A stretch of DNA of 32,000 nt from Jeotgalibaca arthritidis. GTDB taxonomy: Bacteria; Bacillota; Bacilli; Lactobacillales; Aerococcaceae. The DNA lies in contig NZ_CP049740.1 of the NCBI RefSeq assembly GCF_011100465.1, positions 467,857 to 499,856 on the forward strand, in the 5' to 3' direction. The translations under genes and the position numbers were made by a program. Positions 9,109 to 16,917 of this stretch are shown here, one piece after another. Numbering within the stretch: position 1 is the stretch's first letter; every line of letters begins with the position of its first letter. The notes below the pieces were generated by a model that saw only the letters and a program-made list of their open reading frames with translations, was not told the origin of the DNA and did not search any database.

Positions 9109-11937
9109 TTATTCGAGTAGTGTATCAATATCTTCCATATCACCGTTTTCTTTTTGAATGAAATAAGCGATATAGGCATGCTCTTGACGTGGAATTTTTA
9201 TCGCCAACGCATGCTCGAAACTTTTGATGACATGCTTAACATCCGCATCCACCTTTAATTCTTGTGCTGCCTGATGATTAGACAAAGTATCATGATGGAT
9301 AAGACGTTCAATCACACCTGCCATGTGGAGCGATAAATTAATATGAAAGGCATAGCCAGTTTCAGGATGCAATCGTAATTCATGGCAGTCTTCCGCAAAT
9401 TTCCAGATAGGATTAATAAGCTTGCGCGCATTTAAAAATGAATAATGTTCTTCTAAGAAATTTTGAATCAAACGTTTCGCGGCAGCTGGATCTTCAATCG
9501 CTTGAGCAGGTTGTACGTCTGTCAATTGATTGATTTTTTTCAACACGTATTCCGCATCCTTTTCAATAAAGTGTTCGAGTGGAATAAATGGAGCTGATAG
9601 CTTAGGATCAATGACTCCTGTTGTTGCGACAATCGTATAGCGCTCTTGCCAAATTTTGATGTTGTGGTTTAAGTCTGGAATAGAAGTTGTTAGTACCTTC
9701 AGTGGATTATTGACTTGTTTAGCTAATGGTTTCTCAATCATTTCCTTAAGCTTTTGAGCCGTCCCCTCGCCAGTTGCGCAAATAGCAATAACAACCGGTG
9801 CTTTAGGTAAACTGTTGAACTTATTAGTCTTTTCAGCTGCAGCTGAAGAATAGCCATTGAAACGATCAATGGTTTCATGCAAGAGATCAAGGTCGGCATC
9901 CACCAACGATGCTTTCCGTGCCGCCTCTAAGACCATGGCTGTCGACACCATCTCAACCGTTCGAATCCGTACGCCCGTTTCTTGGGTAAGCTTCTCTTCA
10001 AAGGTCGTTAACGACCCCATATCAACCATTAAGAGTACGCCACTACCTTCATTAGCCTTAACAACGGCTTGTTTAACTTTTTCATAGGTTTCAATAGGCG
10101 ACATATCGAGCGGCATATCTACTGCGATAATACCTGTCATCTCCAATAGTTCTTCTGCAACACTAGCCATACTAGTTGCCGTTGAATTGCCGTGCGTCAC
10201 AATCACCACACCAATTCGCCCAATCTCCTCTTCTTCTTGCAAGGAAACGAGTAGCACAGCTAAATAATAAATTTCGTTTTCCGGAACATCCACATTAAAG
10301 TAATCTGCAATACGCTGTTTAAGGAAGCGGGCAATGTCAATTTCTTTTGTATAAGATACAGCCATTTCTTTAATGCGCTCATTAAGATTACGACTTTCAC
10401 CCGCTTGTATTTTATTTAGCAATGAGCTGATATGCAGACTGATGGCATAGATGTAGTTTTGCTTAAAGCGAGTCGCTAGTTTCTCTTCAATATCAACCGC
10501 TACTTCATGGACAAATTGAAGTACTTCCTTTGAGACCACTTCCGCTAAACGTGAATCCGTCTCAAAAGAAAAGCCATGATTACGGTAAAAGGACTTCAAA
10601 TGAACATTAATATCTGTCGAAATGTATTGATTAATTGATTCCCGGTCTAGTCCCTCTTCTTCCAATAAAGCGGCCTTATCACCGATAATATCATAAAGGT
10701 TATACGGCAGCTCATAAGCGTCCGTTTTCGCTTGATAAAAGGGTTCGTTTGGATAAACTGTCAGCTGCGCTTCAACAATCTTTGATAAAGCAGAGCGGTA
10801 ACGGCTATTTGAAGGCTTGCCGACAAGATAGGCTTGAATTGACTCAGGTAAGTCACGAGCCGTCAGATCAATTTGCTCCTGGTTAATTTGATTCATAAAT
10901 CCACGGGCACAGACGAGTTGAATAGCCGATTTTAATTGCCCGATGTTACCGTAACCCACACTAGCGATTAAGGCTTTGACAACATCTTCCGTTAGCGTAA
11001 TTTTCTTTTGAATGCGTGTTGCCTCTAAACTGACGAGTAACTTAACCAAATCCAATTGTTCTGTCACTGACCGTTCTTTAAAGGAAGGCAGTTGAATGAC
11101 AAGCGGAATCCGCCTCATAAAGGTATCTAAGAAAGTCGATTTTGGATCTTCTGTCGTTGCACAAACAATGCGGACATTAGCAGAACGACTTTTACCAGAC
11201 TCGCCCAATCGGCTGTACATCCCCGTATCCATAAAGTAAAAAATCATTTCCTGACCTTCTGGTGGAAGTCGGTGAATTTCATCGAGAAAGAGCATGCTAT
11301 CATCTGCTTGCTGAATCAAGCCTTCTTTAGATGAGCTTGCTCCTGTAAAGGCACCTTGGCTGTAGCCAAATAAGTGACTCATCAACAATTGTGGATTATT
11401 AGCGTAATCAGCACAGTTAAAGACAATCAGTTCCTTATCGGATGAGATAATCTGATTCGACTGAGCATAATCAAACATAGCATGAGCAAAATATGACTTT
11501 CCTGAACCGGTAGGCCCAGTAATTAAGGTATTTAAGCCTTTGGGTGGGTATAGAACCGAAGCTTTCGCTTGGTCGACCGCATTCTTCATGCTCCCATTGG
11601 CCCCAATCATGGTTCGAAATACATCATCAGGTTTACGCGTTGATTCTTGATTAGTTATGTCTCCCTTAGCGTTTTCCTTATAGCTCGGTACATGCTTACT
11701 TAATGGCTGATGAGGCCCTTTTATAAGACTGTAATAGCGTACAGGGCGACCTTCCGTTTTTCCCAGTTTACCTTCTCTTACTAATTGATTTAAGTCTTTT
11801 GATACGTTACTTCTTTGAATATCAAAGGCGTCGGCCACCATTTTGGTTGTGACACCTTGTCCCATATCAATTTCTAAATCTGTTAATGATTCCGTCTTTT
11901 CTCTGATAAAATTAAAAATACGATCAATCCGATTCAA
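9109..11937 (-). CDS. manR: Sigma-54-dependent transcriptional activator of the LevR/ManR type (HTH, AAA+, PRD and EIIA-Man-like domains)
   Basis: Walker A reads GPTGSGKSYFAHAMF. The sigma-54 contact motif GAFTGA appears within GYSQGAFTGASS. Walker B reads MLFLDEIH. A long C-terminal regulatory region follows, including an EIIA-Man-like segment (IGVVIVTHGNSTATSMA). I prefer the TTG at 11937 (MNRIDRIFNF), 8 nt after GGAGGAGG, over the track TTG at 11955, which would translate the SD itself. Confidence 0.9.
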   Translation of the reverse strand: MNRIDRIFNFIREKTESLTDLEIDMGQGVTTKMVADAFDIQRSNVSKDLNQLVREGKLGKTEGRPVRYYSLIKGPHQPLSKHVPSYKENAKGDITNQESTRKPDDVFRTMIGANGSMKNAVDQAKASVLYPPKGLNTLITGPTGSGKSYFAHAMFDYAQSNQIISSDKELIVFNCADYANNPQLLMSHLFGYSQGAFTGASSSKEGLIQQADDSMLFLDEIHRLPPEGQEMIFYFMDTGMYSRLGESGKSRSANVRIVCATTEDPKSTFLDTFMRRIPLVIQLPSFKERSVTEQLDLVKLLVSLEATRIQKKITLTEDVVKALIASVGYGNIGQLKSAIQLVCARGFMNQINQEQIDLTARDLPESIQAYLVGKPSNSRYRSALSKIVEAQLTVYPNEPFYQAKTDAYELPYNLYDIIGDKAALLEEEGLDRESINQYISTDINVHLKSFYRNHGFSFETDSRLAEVVSKEVLQFVHEVAVDIEEKLATRFKQNYIYAISLHISSLLNKIQAGESRNLNERIKEMAVSYTKEIDIARFLKQRIADYFNVDVPENEIYYLAVLLVSLQEEEEIGRIGVVIVTHGNSTATSMASVAEELLEMTGIIAVDMPLDMSPIETYEKVKQAVVKANEGSGVLLMVDMGSLTTFEEKLTQETGVRIRTVEMVSTAMVLEAARKASLVDADLDLLHETIDRFNGYSSAAAEKTNKFNSLPKAPVVIAICATGEGTAQKLKEMIEKPLAKQVNNPLKVLTTSIPDLNHNIKIWQERYTIVATTGVIDPKLSAPFIPLEHFIEKDAEYVLKKINQLTDVQPAQAIEDPAAAKRLIQNFLEEHYSFLNARKLINPIWKFAEDCHELRLHPETGYAFHINLSLHMAGVIERLIHHDTLSNHQAAQELKVDADVKHVIKSFEHALAIKIPRQEHAYIAYFIQKENGDMEDIDTLLE

Positions 11938-11994
11938 TGTGTATGCCTCCTCCAAAAAAGTGTATCGTTATCGCTAGTATACACTAAAGCAAAT

Positions 11995-12028
11995 CGATAA
12001 AAAAGCTGAAGCGAGTCGCTTCAGCTTT
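11995..12028 (-). terminator. Rho-independent terminator of the aldo/keto reductase gene
   Basis: Stem AAAGCTGAAGCG/CGCTTCAGCTTT with a short loop. On the minus strand it is followed by TTTTTTATC. Confidence 0.85.
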
Positions 12029-12034
12029 CTAAAC

Positions 12035-12844
12035 TTATAGAGCAGCAATTTTTTTACGCTCTGTTTCCGTTAATTCAAAATCAAAAACAGCTAAATTATC
12101 TTTTTGACGCTCAGCATTATGAGATTTTGGAATGGTAATCATACCTAAATCAAGTTGGTAGCGAATAACCACTTGCGCCCATGTTTTATTGTAGGCTTTT
12201 CCAATTTCAGTTAGAATCGCTCTTGCCTCATCTGTTGTGCGAGATAATGGACCCCAAGCTTCTGGAATAATCCCATTTTCAAGTGAATAGGCAATAATCT
12301 CATGATTCCATTTTCCTGCGTGTGATTCAATTTGGTTAACAGCTGGTTTAATACGGGCGTGTTCGATGAAGTAAGCTAGTTGCTCTTCGTTAAAGTTAGA
12401 AACACCGATTGCTTTTAAGACTCCCTGATCCACGTATTTTTCTAGAACGCGCCATCCTGCTAGCATGTCTTCTAAAGAATCCCATGGGTGGTGGACTAAA
12501 TAAAGGTCGATGTAGTCTGTCTGCAATGCCTTTAGGCTCGACTCAACTGCTTTAATAATCGCTTCTTCATTCCCCATATAGTCTGGTTCACCAGGAATTT
12601 TGGATGTTAGGAAAAAATCATCGCGATCAATGCCGCTCTCTTTAACTGCTAAACCAACGACTCCTTCATTACGATAGGAAATTGCCGTATCAAAATGACG
12701 GTAGCCTGCTGTAATAGCAGATGCTAATTCGGTTGTATCATTGTTAATCGCTCCCATATAATTGCGGTCTTCTTTTCCAAAGGTATTCGTTCCGCTCCCG
12801 ATAACTTCAATCTCAAGGCCGTTATTCAATCTAATCAATTCCAT
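12035..12844 (-). CDS. Aldo/keto reductase family oxidoreductase
   Basis: AKR hallmarks are present: GYRHFDTAISYRNE, DYIDLYLVHHP, IGVSNF. I prefer the ATG at 12844 (MELIRLNNG), 8 nt after GGAGGG, over the track ATG at 12868. Confidence 0.88.
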   Translation of the reverse strand: MELIRLNNGLEIEVIGSGTNTFGKEDRNYMGAINNDTTELASAITAGYRHFDTAISYRNEGVVGLAVKESGIDRDDFFLTSKIPGEPDYMGNEEAIIKAVESSLKALQTDYIDLYLVHHPWDSLEDMLAGWRVLEKYVDQGVLKAIGVSNFNEEQLAYFIEHARIKPAVNQIESHAGKWNHEIIAYSLENGIIPEAWGPLSRTTDEARAILTEIGKAYNKTWAQVVIRYQLDLGMITIPKSHNAERQKDNLAVFDFELTETERKKIAAL

Positions 12845-12876
12845 CTGTGCATCCCTCCGTCTATTCATTAATCATG

Positions 12877-12905
12877 ATTATACCATTAAAGGCAAAAAAG
12901 TCAGT
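12877..12905 (-). promoter_or_regulatory. Putative extended -10 sigma-A promoter of the aldo/keto reductase gene
   Basis: The minus strand reads TGGTATAAT (perfect TATAAT at 12882-12877 with an upstream TG). A weak -35-like CTGACT overlaps the preceding terminator stem. Confidence 0.5.
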
Positions 12906-12929
12906 CTAGGGCATCCCTAAACTGACTTT
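12891..12929 (-). terminator. Rho-independent terminator retained behind the reductase gene remnant
   Basis: Composite stem AAAGTCAGT-C-TAGGG / CCCTA-A-ACTGACTTT. On the minus strand it is followed by TTTTTTGCC. The remnant stop codon lies in the stem. Confidence 0.7.
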
Positions 12930-13090
12930 ATAAATAGTGACTTTCTTTTGTGGCTCCAATAATCGGTGCCACGACTTGTTCGTTCTGAAGTAACCAAGCT
13001 AAAGCGATTTGCGACCTTTTTACACCAAGTGATTCAGCGACCTCAGCAACTCGTCTTACAATCAGGCGTCGAGCGGTTTCAATATATATA
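12928..13090 (-). pseudogene. C-terminal remnant (about 53 codons) of a second aldo/keto reductase, with no N-terminus and no start codon
   Basis: My minus-strand translation gives YIETARRLIVRRVAEVAESLGVKRSQIALAWLLQNEQVVAPIIGATKESHYL*. This matches the conserved C-terminal block of AKR proteins (..QIALAWLL....V.PI.G..). Upstream in frame there is only the terminator of the neighbouring gene. Confidence 0.7.
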
Positions 13091-13125
13091 CAAAAAGAGC
13101 TTGAGATATCGTTATCCCAAGCTCT
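13090..13125 (-). terminator. Rho-independent terminator of the SatP-like gene
   Basis: Stem AGAGCTTG (13096-13103) / CAAGCTCT (13118-13125). On the minus strand it is followed by TTTTTG. Confidence 0.7.
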
Positions 13126-13131
13126 AGCTTA

Positions 13132-13719
13132 TTATTTCACTTCGCCAATTGGTAAAACTGTTTTACCATATACTTCATTTAAAACTTGTGCCATAGCAGC
13201 GTAAATCGCTGTAAAGCCACAGAAAATACCTTCATAACCAGCGATTGTTAAAATCAATGCTGATCCAGTAAAGTTTCCAATTGCTAACAAGAAGAACAAA
13301 AGTGTTAGTGTTCCAAAAACAACTTGTAACGCACGGTTGATTTTCAATGTTCCGATGAACATAAAGAATGTAAATAGGCCCCACATAAATAAGTATGCTG
13401 CCATAGACAATGAATCAGCTGCTTCACCGTAGCCCATCATTGGCAGAATATTTAATGCGACTAATGATAGCCAAAAGAAACCATATGATGTAAAAGCAGT
13501 TGTTCCAAATGTATTGTTTTTCTTGAATTCCATGATGCCAGCAACAACTTGTGCCAAGCCGCCATAGAAAATCCCCATTGCTAAAATCATAGCATTGAGA
13601 GAAAAGAAGCCTGCATTATGAATGTTTAATAAAATGGTTGTCATACCGAATCCCATTAAGCCAAGCGGTGCTGGGTTTGCAGTAATTTCACTGAATAATA
13701 CCTTTTTATCTTTTTCCAA
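13132..13719 (-). CDS. GPR1/FUN34/YaaH family acetate/succinate channel (SatP-like)
   Basis: 195-aa protein with six TM segments and the family signature [14 protein letters not shown] near the N-terminus. TTG start lies 9 nt after AGGAG. Confidence 0.85.
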   Translation of the reverse strand: MEKDKKVLFSEITANPAPLGLMGFGMTTILLNIHNAGFFSLNAMILAMGIFYGGLAQVVAGIMEFKKNNTFGTTAFTSYGFFWLSLVALNILPMMGYGEAADSLSMAAYLFMWGLFTFFMFIGTLKINRALQVVFGTLTLLFFLLAIGNFTGSALILTIAGYEGIFCGFTAIYAAMAQVLNEVYGKTVLPIGEVK

Positions 13720-13764
13720 TTTCCATAACTCCTATAACTATTGTTGTGCAAGCACACTTCTTGA

Positions 13765-13793
13765 ATTATAGTCAGTCTTTTGGTAAAAAGCAA
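13765..13793 (-). promoter_or_regulatory. Sigma-A promoter of the SatP-like gene (TTGCTT-17 nt-TATAAT)
   Basis: On the minus strand, -35 TTGCTT is at 13793-13788 and a perfect -10 TATAAT at 13770-13765, with a 17-nt spacer. Confidence 0.65.
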
Positions 13794-13846
13794 CACAATC
13801 TGGTATTTTCAGTAACAATATTTATTTAGGGGTTTTACAAAAATAC

Positions 13847-14398
13847 CTATTCACTCTCCGATTCATCATGGTAATACAAATCAACTGTAAAGCTACCATT
13901 GTAACTATTATTTTCTACTTTAGTAAAATTAAATGAGTAAATATTCCAAATTCGTTCGCCATTAGTCAAATCGGCAATCAAATCTTTCATATTGTCAGAA
14001 TGGCTAGCAACAATGTCGACTTGATAGCTACTCTTGAAATAATGCCCTTCAATCTCTGTTATTTCTTGAGGATCAGATGCTCTGCTTATATTTTTTAGTG
14101 TGACTTCATTGCGTCGAGCCGATTTTTCCAATATTAAGAGTTCTTTATCAATTTGCTCCCCTTCTGGAAGAAAATTATTCGTTTCTTCATACTGACTTTG
14201 GTAATCGCCTAATAACTCTTCATCAGCCGGATAACTTGCAAGCAAGGATTTTTGCTCTTCCACAATCCGACTGCTGCGGTCTGCTTGTTCCTTAACATCT
14301 GCTAACAAGTTATTTTCACCATAAAGGAACACAAGAACCAACGTTAATACCATGATTAACAAAATTGAAATAGATAGTCGATTCCATTTTAGTTTCAT
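13847..14398 (-). CDS. pilO: Type IV pilus alignment protein, PilO-like
   Basis: 183 aa with one N-terminal TM segment, a coiled coil and a C-terminal alpha/beta region. It is the last gene after the PilM- and PilN-like genes and abuts the PilN-like gene. The call rests on architecture and synteny, not on strong motifs. Confidence 0.55.
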   Translation of the reverse strand: MKLKWNRLSISILLIMVLTLVLVFLYGENNLLADVKEQADRSSRIVEEQKSLLASYPADEELLGDYQSQYEETNNFLPEGEQIDKELLILEKSARRNEVTLKNISRASDPQEITEIEGHYFKSSYQVDIVASHSDNMKDLIADLTNGERIWNIYSFNFTKVENNSYNGSFTVDLYYHDESESE

Positions 14399-14400
14399 GG

Positions 14401-14934
14401 CTATTCCCCCTCTTCAATTGCTTCTTCATTTAGATCGACTCGCAATTCTGCTAAGAAGAGATAATCACTCTCTGTTTCTTCCAAACGAACAAGTTGGACT
14501 TTAGTGACATAATCAAGCTTAGAAAAGCGATCAATCGCTGCTGAAATATCCGTCATTCCACTATTTTCCAGAACAAAGGTCACTTGATTATCTGTATTTA
14601 ATGAAAAAGTCAGTAAGTGATCAGATTGATCCGCCAACTGATCATTGAGGCCTTGGATAACCGTATTAATCGGATATTGGTTTTCTTCAAAATAAACCTG
14701 GTCGACCAGCAACTGCTTGGTTAATTGATCATAACTTTGCATTTGACGTGCCAGTGCTAATTGATCCGCTTCTTCTAGTAGCCAATATTGATTGTCCTTA
14801 TCAATATTCACATAGTTTTGATAAGAAAAGAAAAAATAGAGCCCTGACAAAAGTAATAATACCGCAAATAAAGCCGTTAAAAGATGGGGAAGAAAATTGG
14901 TTTTCTTTTTTTCAAAAAAGTTTAATTCAAACAT
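14401..14934 (-). CDS. pilN: Type IV pilus alignment protein, PilN-like
   Basis: 177 aa. The N-terminus MFELNFFEKKK followed by a single TM segment mimics the PilN INLLP-TM pattern. Its start abuts the pilM stop. Confidence 0.55.
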   Translation of the reverse strand: MFELNFFEKKKTNFLPHLLTALFAVLLLLSGLYFFFSYQNYVNIDKDNQYWLLEEADQLALARQMQSYDQLTKQLLVDQVYFEENQYPINTVIQGLNDQLADQSDHLLTFSLNTDNQVTFVLENSGMTDISAAIDRFSKLDYVTKVQLVRLEETESDYLFLAELRVDLNEEAIEEGE

Positions 14935-15915
14935 TTATTTCCCTTCCCCTTTCTTTGGCTTTAATATCGATTTTTTATTTTTTAGAGTCAAACCATACAA
15001 GGGCAAGAACTGATTTTCCAAAGGCTCCTCTGTTGATAATTCATGAATCGGTAAATTGGTTCGTTCAGCTAACTGGTTTTTAATGAGATCGAGATAGGGA
15101 AAATCTCCCGTCAGTACAACATCAGTCACACCAGATTCACCATTCAAAACAGAATATCGGTAAAAATTAATAAACCGTTCTAATCCATTCATCGACTCAC
15201 TAATATCATCTTCTAACTCGCTTCGCTCCCCGTTCCATTGCCATTCACCATTTTTACCTAATTCCCATAAGTTAGCTAAGCGAATTGCTTTGGCATGACG
15301 AATCACTTTTGGTAAATGATTATGATAGACAGTAATTAAATTATGGCATGGATGCCATTGCAGTAAGAGAATATGTTTGTTGTTATCGAATGACATCTGA
15401 TTGATGAGAACACGATATAAACTTAAGGATGAAATGTCAGCGATATGAGGGATAAGACCACTATTCTCAATGACTGTCTGATAGTGATGAATAACGTCTG
15501 TCGCATATAGAAGTAACAAGACTGTTTGCTTGTCATCGTCTTTCTCTACTTGTTCAAAATGAAAACTTGTCTGAGGGAAAGGTGAGCGGATAAGGTGATT
15601 CAAATGAAGCGCGATATAATCTTTTGCTTCTGCTTGAGTTAATTGAGCTGGTATTTCCTCTTCACGAACAACAATATAATCATTTGGTAAAATAATAGCT
15701 ACCTTAGCATTTCGCCATTTCTTTTCAGCAACCAGCGCCTTCAATCGATTCTCAACTAATGCTGGATTTATTATTTTCCCTTCATATAAAATAGCTGTAT
15801 CAAACATGATGTAATCTTTTTCCATAAGCTGATTACTCTGACTATCGACAGCTAAATAACGGATTGCTTTTTCCATGAATTCAATGTATAAATGTGGTTT
15901 TTTCCTAAGTAACAT
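14935..15915 (-). CDS. pilM: Type IV pilus assembly protein PilM (actin-like ATPase fold)
   Basis: 326 aa and cytoplasmic. The layout matches PilM, including ...VAIILPNDYIVVREEEIP...QAEAKDYIALHL..., ...VLLLLYATDVIHHY...GLIPHIADISSLSLYRVL. SD GGAGGTG is present. Confidence 0.7.
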   Translation of the reverse strand: MLLRKKPHLYIEFMEKAIRYLAVDSQSNQLMEKDYIMFDTAILYEGKIINPALVENRLKALVAEKKWRNAKVAIILPNDYIVVREEEIPAQLTQAEAKDYIALHLNHLIRSPFPQTSFHFEQVEKDDDKQTVLLLLYATDVIHHYQTVIENSGLIPHIADISSLSLYRVLINQMSFDNNKHILLLQWHPCHNLITVYHNHLPKVIRHAKAIRLANLWELGKNGEWQWNGERSELEDDISESMNGLERFINFYRYSVLNGESGVTDVVLTGDFPYLDLIKNQLAERTNLPIHELSTEEPLENQFLPLYGLTLKNKKSILKPKKGEGK

Positions 15916-15942
15916 TGTTCACCTCCAAATATAAACACTAGG

Positions 15943-16686
15943 CTATCCTATTAAGGATAAATACCATCTAATAATTGCTGGTCCATAAAAATAAACGGTC
16001 ATAGCCGCTAAGCTAATATAAGGTCCGAATGGGATTGCTGTTTGGCGACCTGTTTTGTTGATTGTCATGGTGATAAGGCCACCTACTACACCGTATAAGG
16101 TTGCTAGAAAAAAGAGTAACAGAAACGGGATAGGTTCAAAAATAAATCCTAACAGGGTTAAAAGCTTCAAATCACCCGCTCCCATGCCTCCCTTAGACAA
16201 AACTATGATAAGGAATAATAAGAAAAAGGCTAAGGCAGCACCGATTAAGGATGGCACTAGTTGATTTATTTTTAAAATAATAAATAGAGGGGTAAAAAAT
16301 AATAAGAGTTTGTTTGGAATTTTCCGATAACTTAAGTCTGCTACTGTAACAGGAATAAGCAAACTGATTAAGACGAAACCTAAGATTAACGCTTTCGACC
16401 AACCAAAACGGATAAAACTATAAGCTGCTAAAAGGCCTGTAGCTAACTCCATAATGGGATAGAGCCATGAAATGGGCTGTTTACATTTTCGGCACTTGCC
16501 GGCTTGAACTAGAAATGAAAAAACAGGAATGAGTTCTGTCCAAGTCAACGTTCTCTGGCAGTTGTCACAGTATGAGCGATCTTTTGAAAACAAATTATCT
16601 TGAGGAAGTCTCAAGCCAACGACATTGAAAAAAGAACCAAATACTAGACCGTAAATAAAGACAATTAAGATTGTTAAATCATGCAT
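15943..16686 (-). CDS. pilD: Prepilin peptidase / N-methyltransferase (A24 family, PilD/ComC)
   Basis: 247 aa and polytopic. It has two Cys pairs (CDNC...CRKC) and catalytic Asp motifs (VADLSYRKIPN and GMGAGDLKLL). Confidence 0.9.
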   Translation of the reverse strand: MHDLTILIVFIYGLVFGSFFNVVGLRLPQDNLFSKDRSYCDNCQRTLTWTELIPVFSFLVQAGKCRKCKQPISWLYPIMELATGLLAAYSFIRFGWSKALILGFVLISLLIPVTVADLSYRKIPNKLLLFFTPLFIILKINQLVPSLIGAALAFFLLFLIIVLSKGGMGAGDLKLLTLLGFIFEPIPFLLLFFLATLYGVVGGLITMTINKTGRQTAIPFGPYISLAAMTVYFYGPAIIRWYLSLIG

Positions 16687-16699
16687 ATAAAGTCTCCTA

Positions 16700-16865
16700 T
16701 AGGCGAGAGTGGGAAAAAAGGCGTTAAGCCCCGAACCTTCTAACGCATACCATATCTGTAAGTAGCTAAAGCTACAACGGCTATGGCAACTGGAACGAAT
16801 AAGCTCAGATGGTCGCAGACCATCTGAGCATTAGTCGTGAAGTGGACGTCGGGACTGCCTTTTGA
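16700..16865 (-). other. GC-rich, multi-hairpin intercistronic element between the pilin gene and pilD (structured 3' UTR, attenuator or unclassified RNA)
   Basis: By eye this stretch is about 50 percent GC in an operon of about 36-38 percent. A perfect 12-bp stem GCTCAGATGGTC-TGC-GACCATCTGAGC lies at 16803-16829 and can be extended by flanking pairs. A second hairpin reads CCATA..GTAGC-TTTA-GCTAC..TATGG. The terminator-like hairpin listed separately follows. Confidence 0.5.
16714..16746 (-). terminator. Putative intrinsic terminator inside the pilus operon, just upstream of pilD
   Basis: The minus strand reads GCGTTAG-aaggttcggggc-CTTAACGC followed by CTTTTTTCCC. That is a 6-7 bp stem, a 12-nt loop and a T6 run. 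It ends about 28 nt before the pilD SD. Confidence 0.5.
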
Positions 16866-16917
16866 ACACATTTATGTTATTTCAAATAAATTATCATAAT
16901 TTTCCAACTCTGATACT

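Noticed and set aside
11938-11955. Longer N-terminal extensions given by the track for manR (11955), the AKR gene (12868), lysR (29024), the SBP gene (31568), degV (4650) and the AI-2E gene (3177).
   Set aside because: In each case the extension would translate through the best SD sequence, or would leave the start without one. A downstream ATG or TTG with 5-9 nt SD spacing gives a family-typical N-terminus.
12956-12971. A sigma-54-like sequence on the minus strand, TGGCAC CGATT ATTGG. A second TGGCAC occurs on the plus strand near 2851.
   Set aside because: The -12 element is TTGG, not TTGC. The first lies inside the AKR remnant (it encodes VAPIIG) and is separated from the next gene by a strong terminator. 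The second is inside the AI-2E coding region with no TTGC at the right spacing.
16700-16865. The GC-rich spacer as a tRNA, tmRNA, SRP RNA, RNase P fragment or known riboswitch.
   Set aside because: There is no cloverleaf or T-arm GTTCRANYC box. There is no SRP (GGAAG...) or RNase P (GAGGAAAGTCC) signature. I found no conserved cores of ydaO, ykkC, ZTP, fluoride or GEMM motifs by eye. It is kept only as an unclassified structured element.
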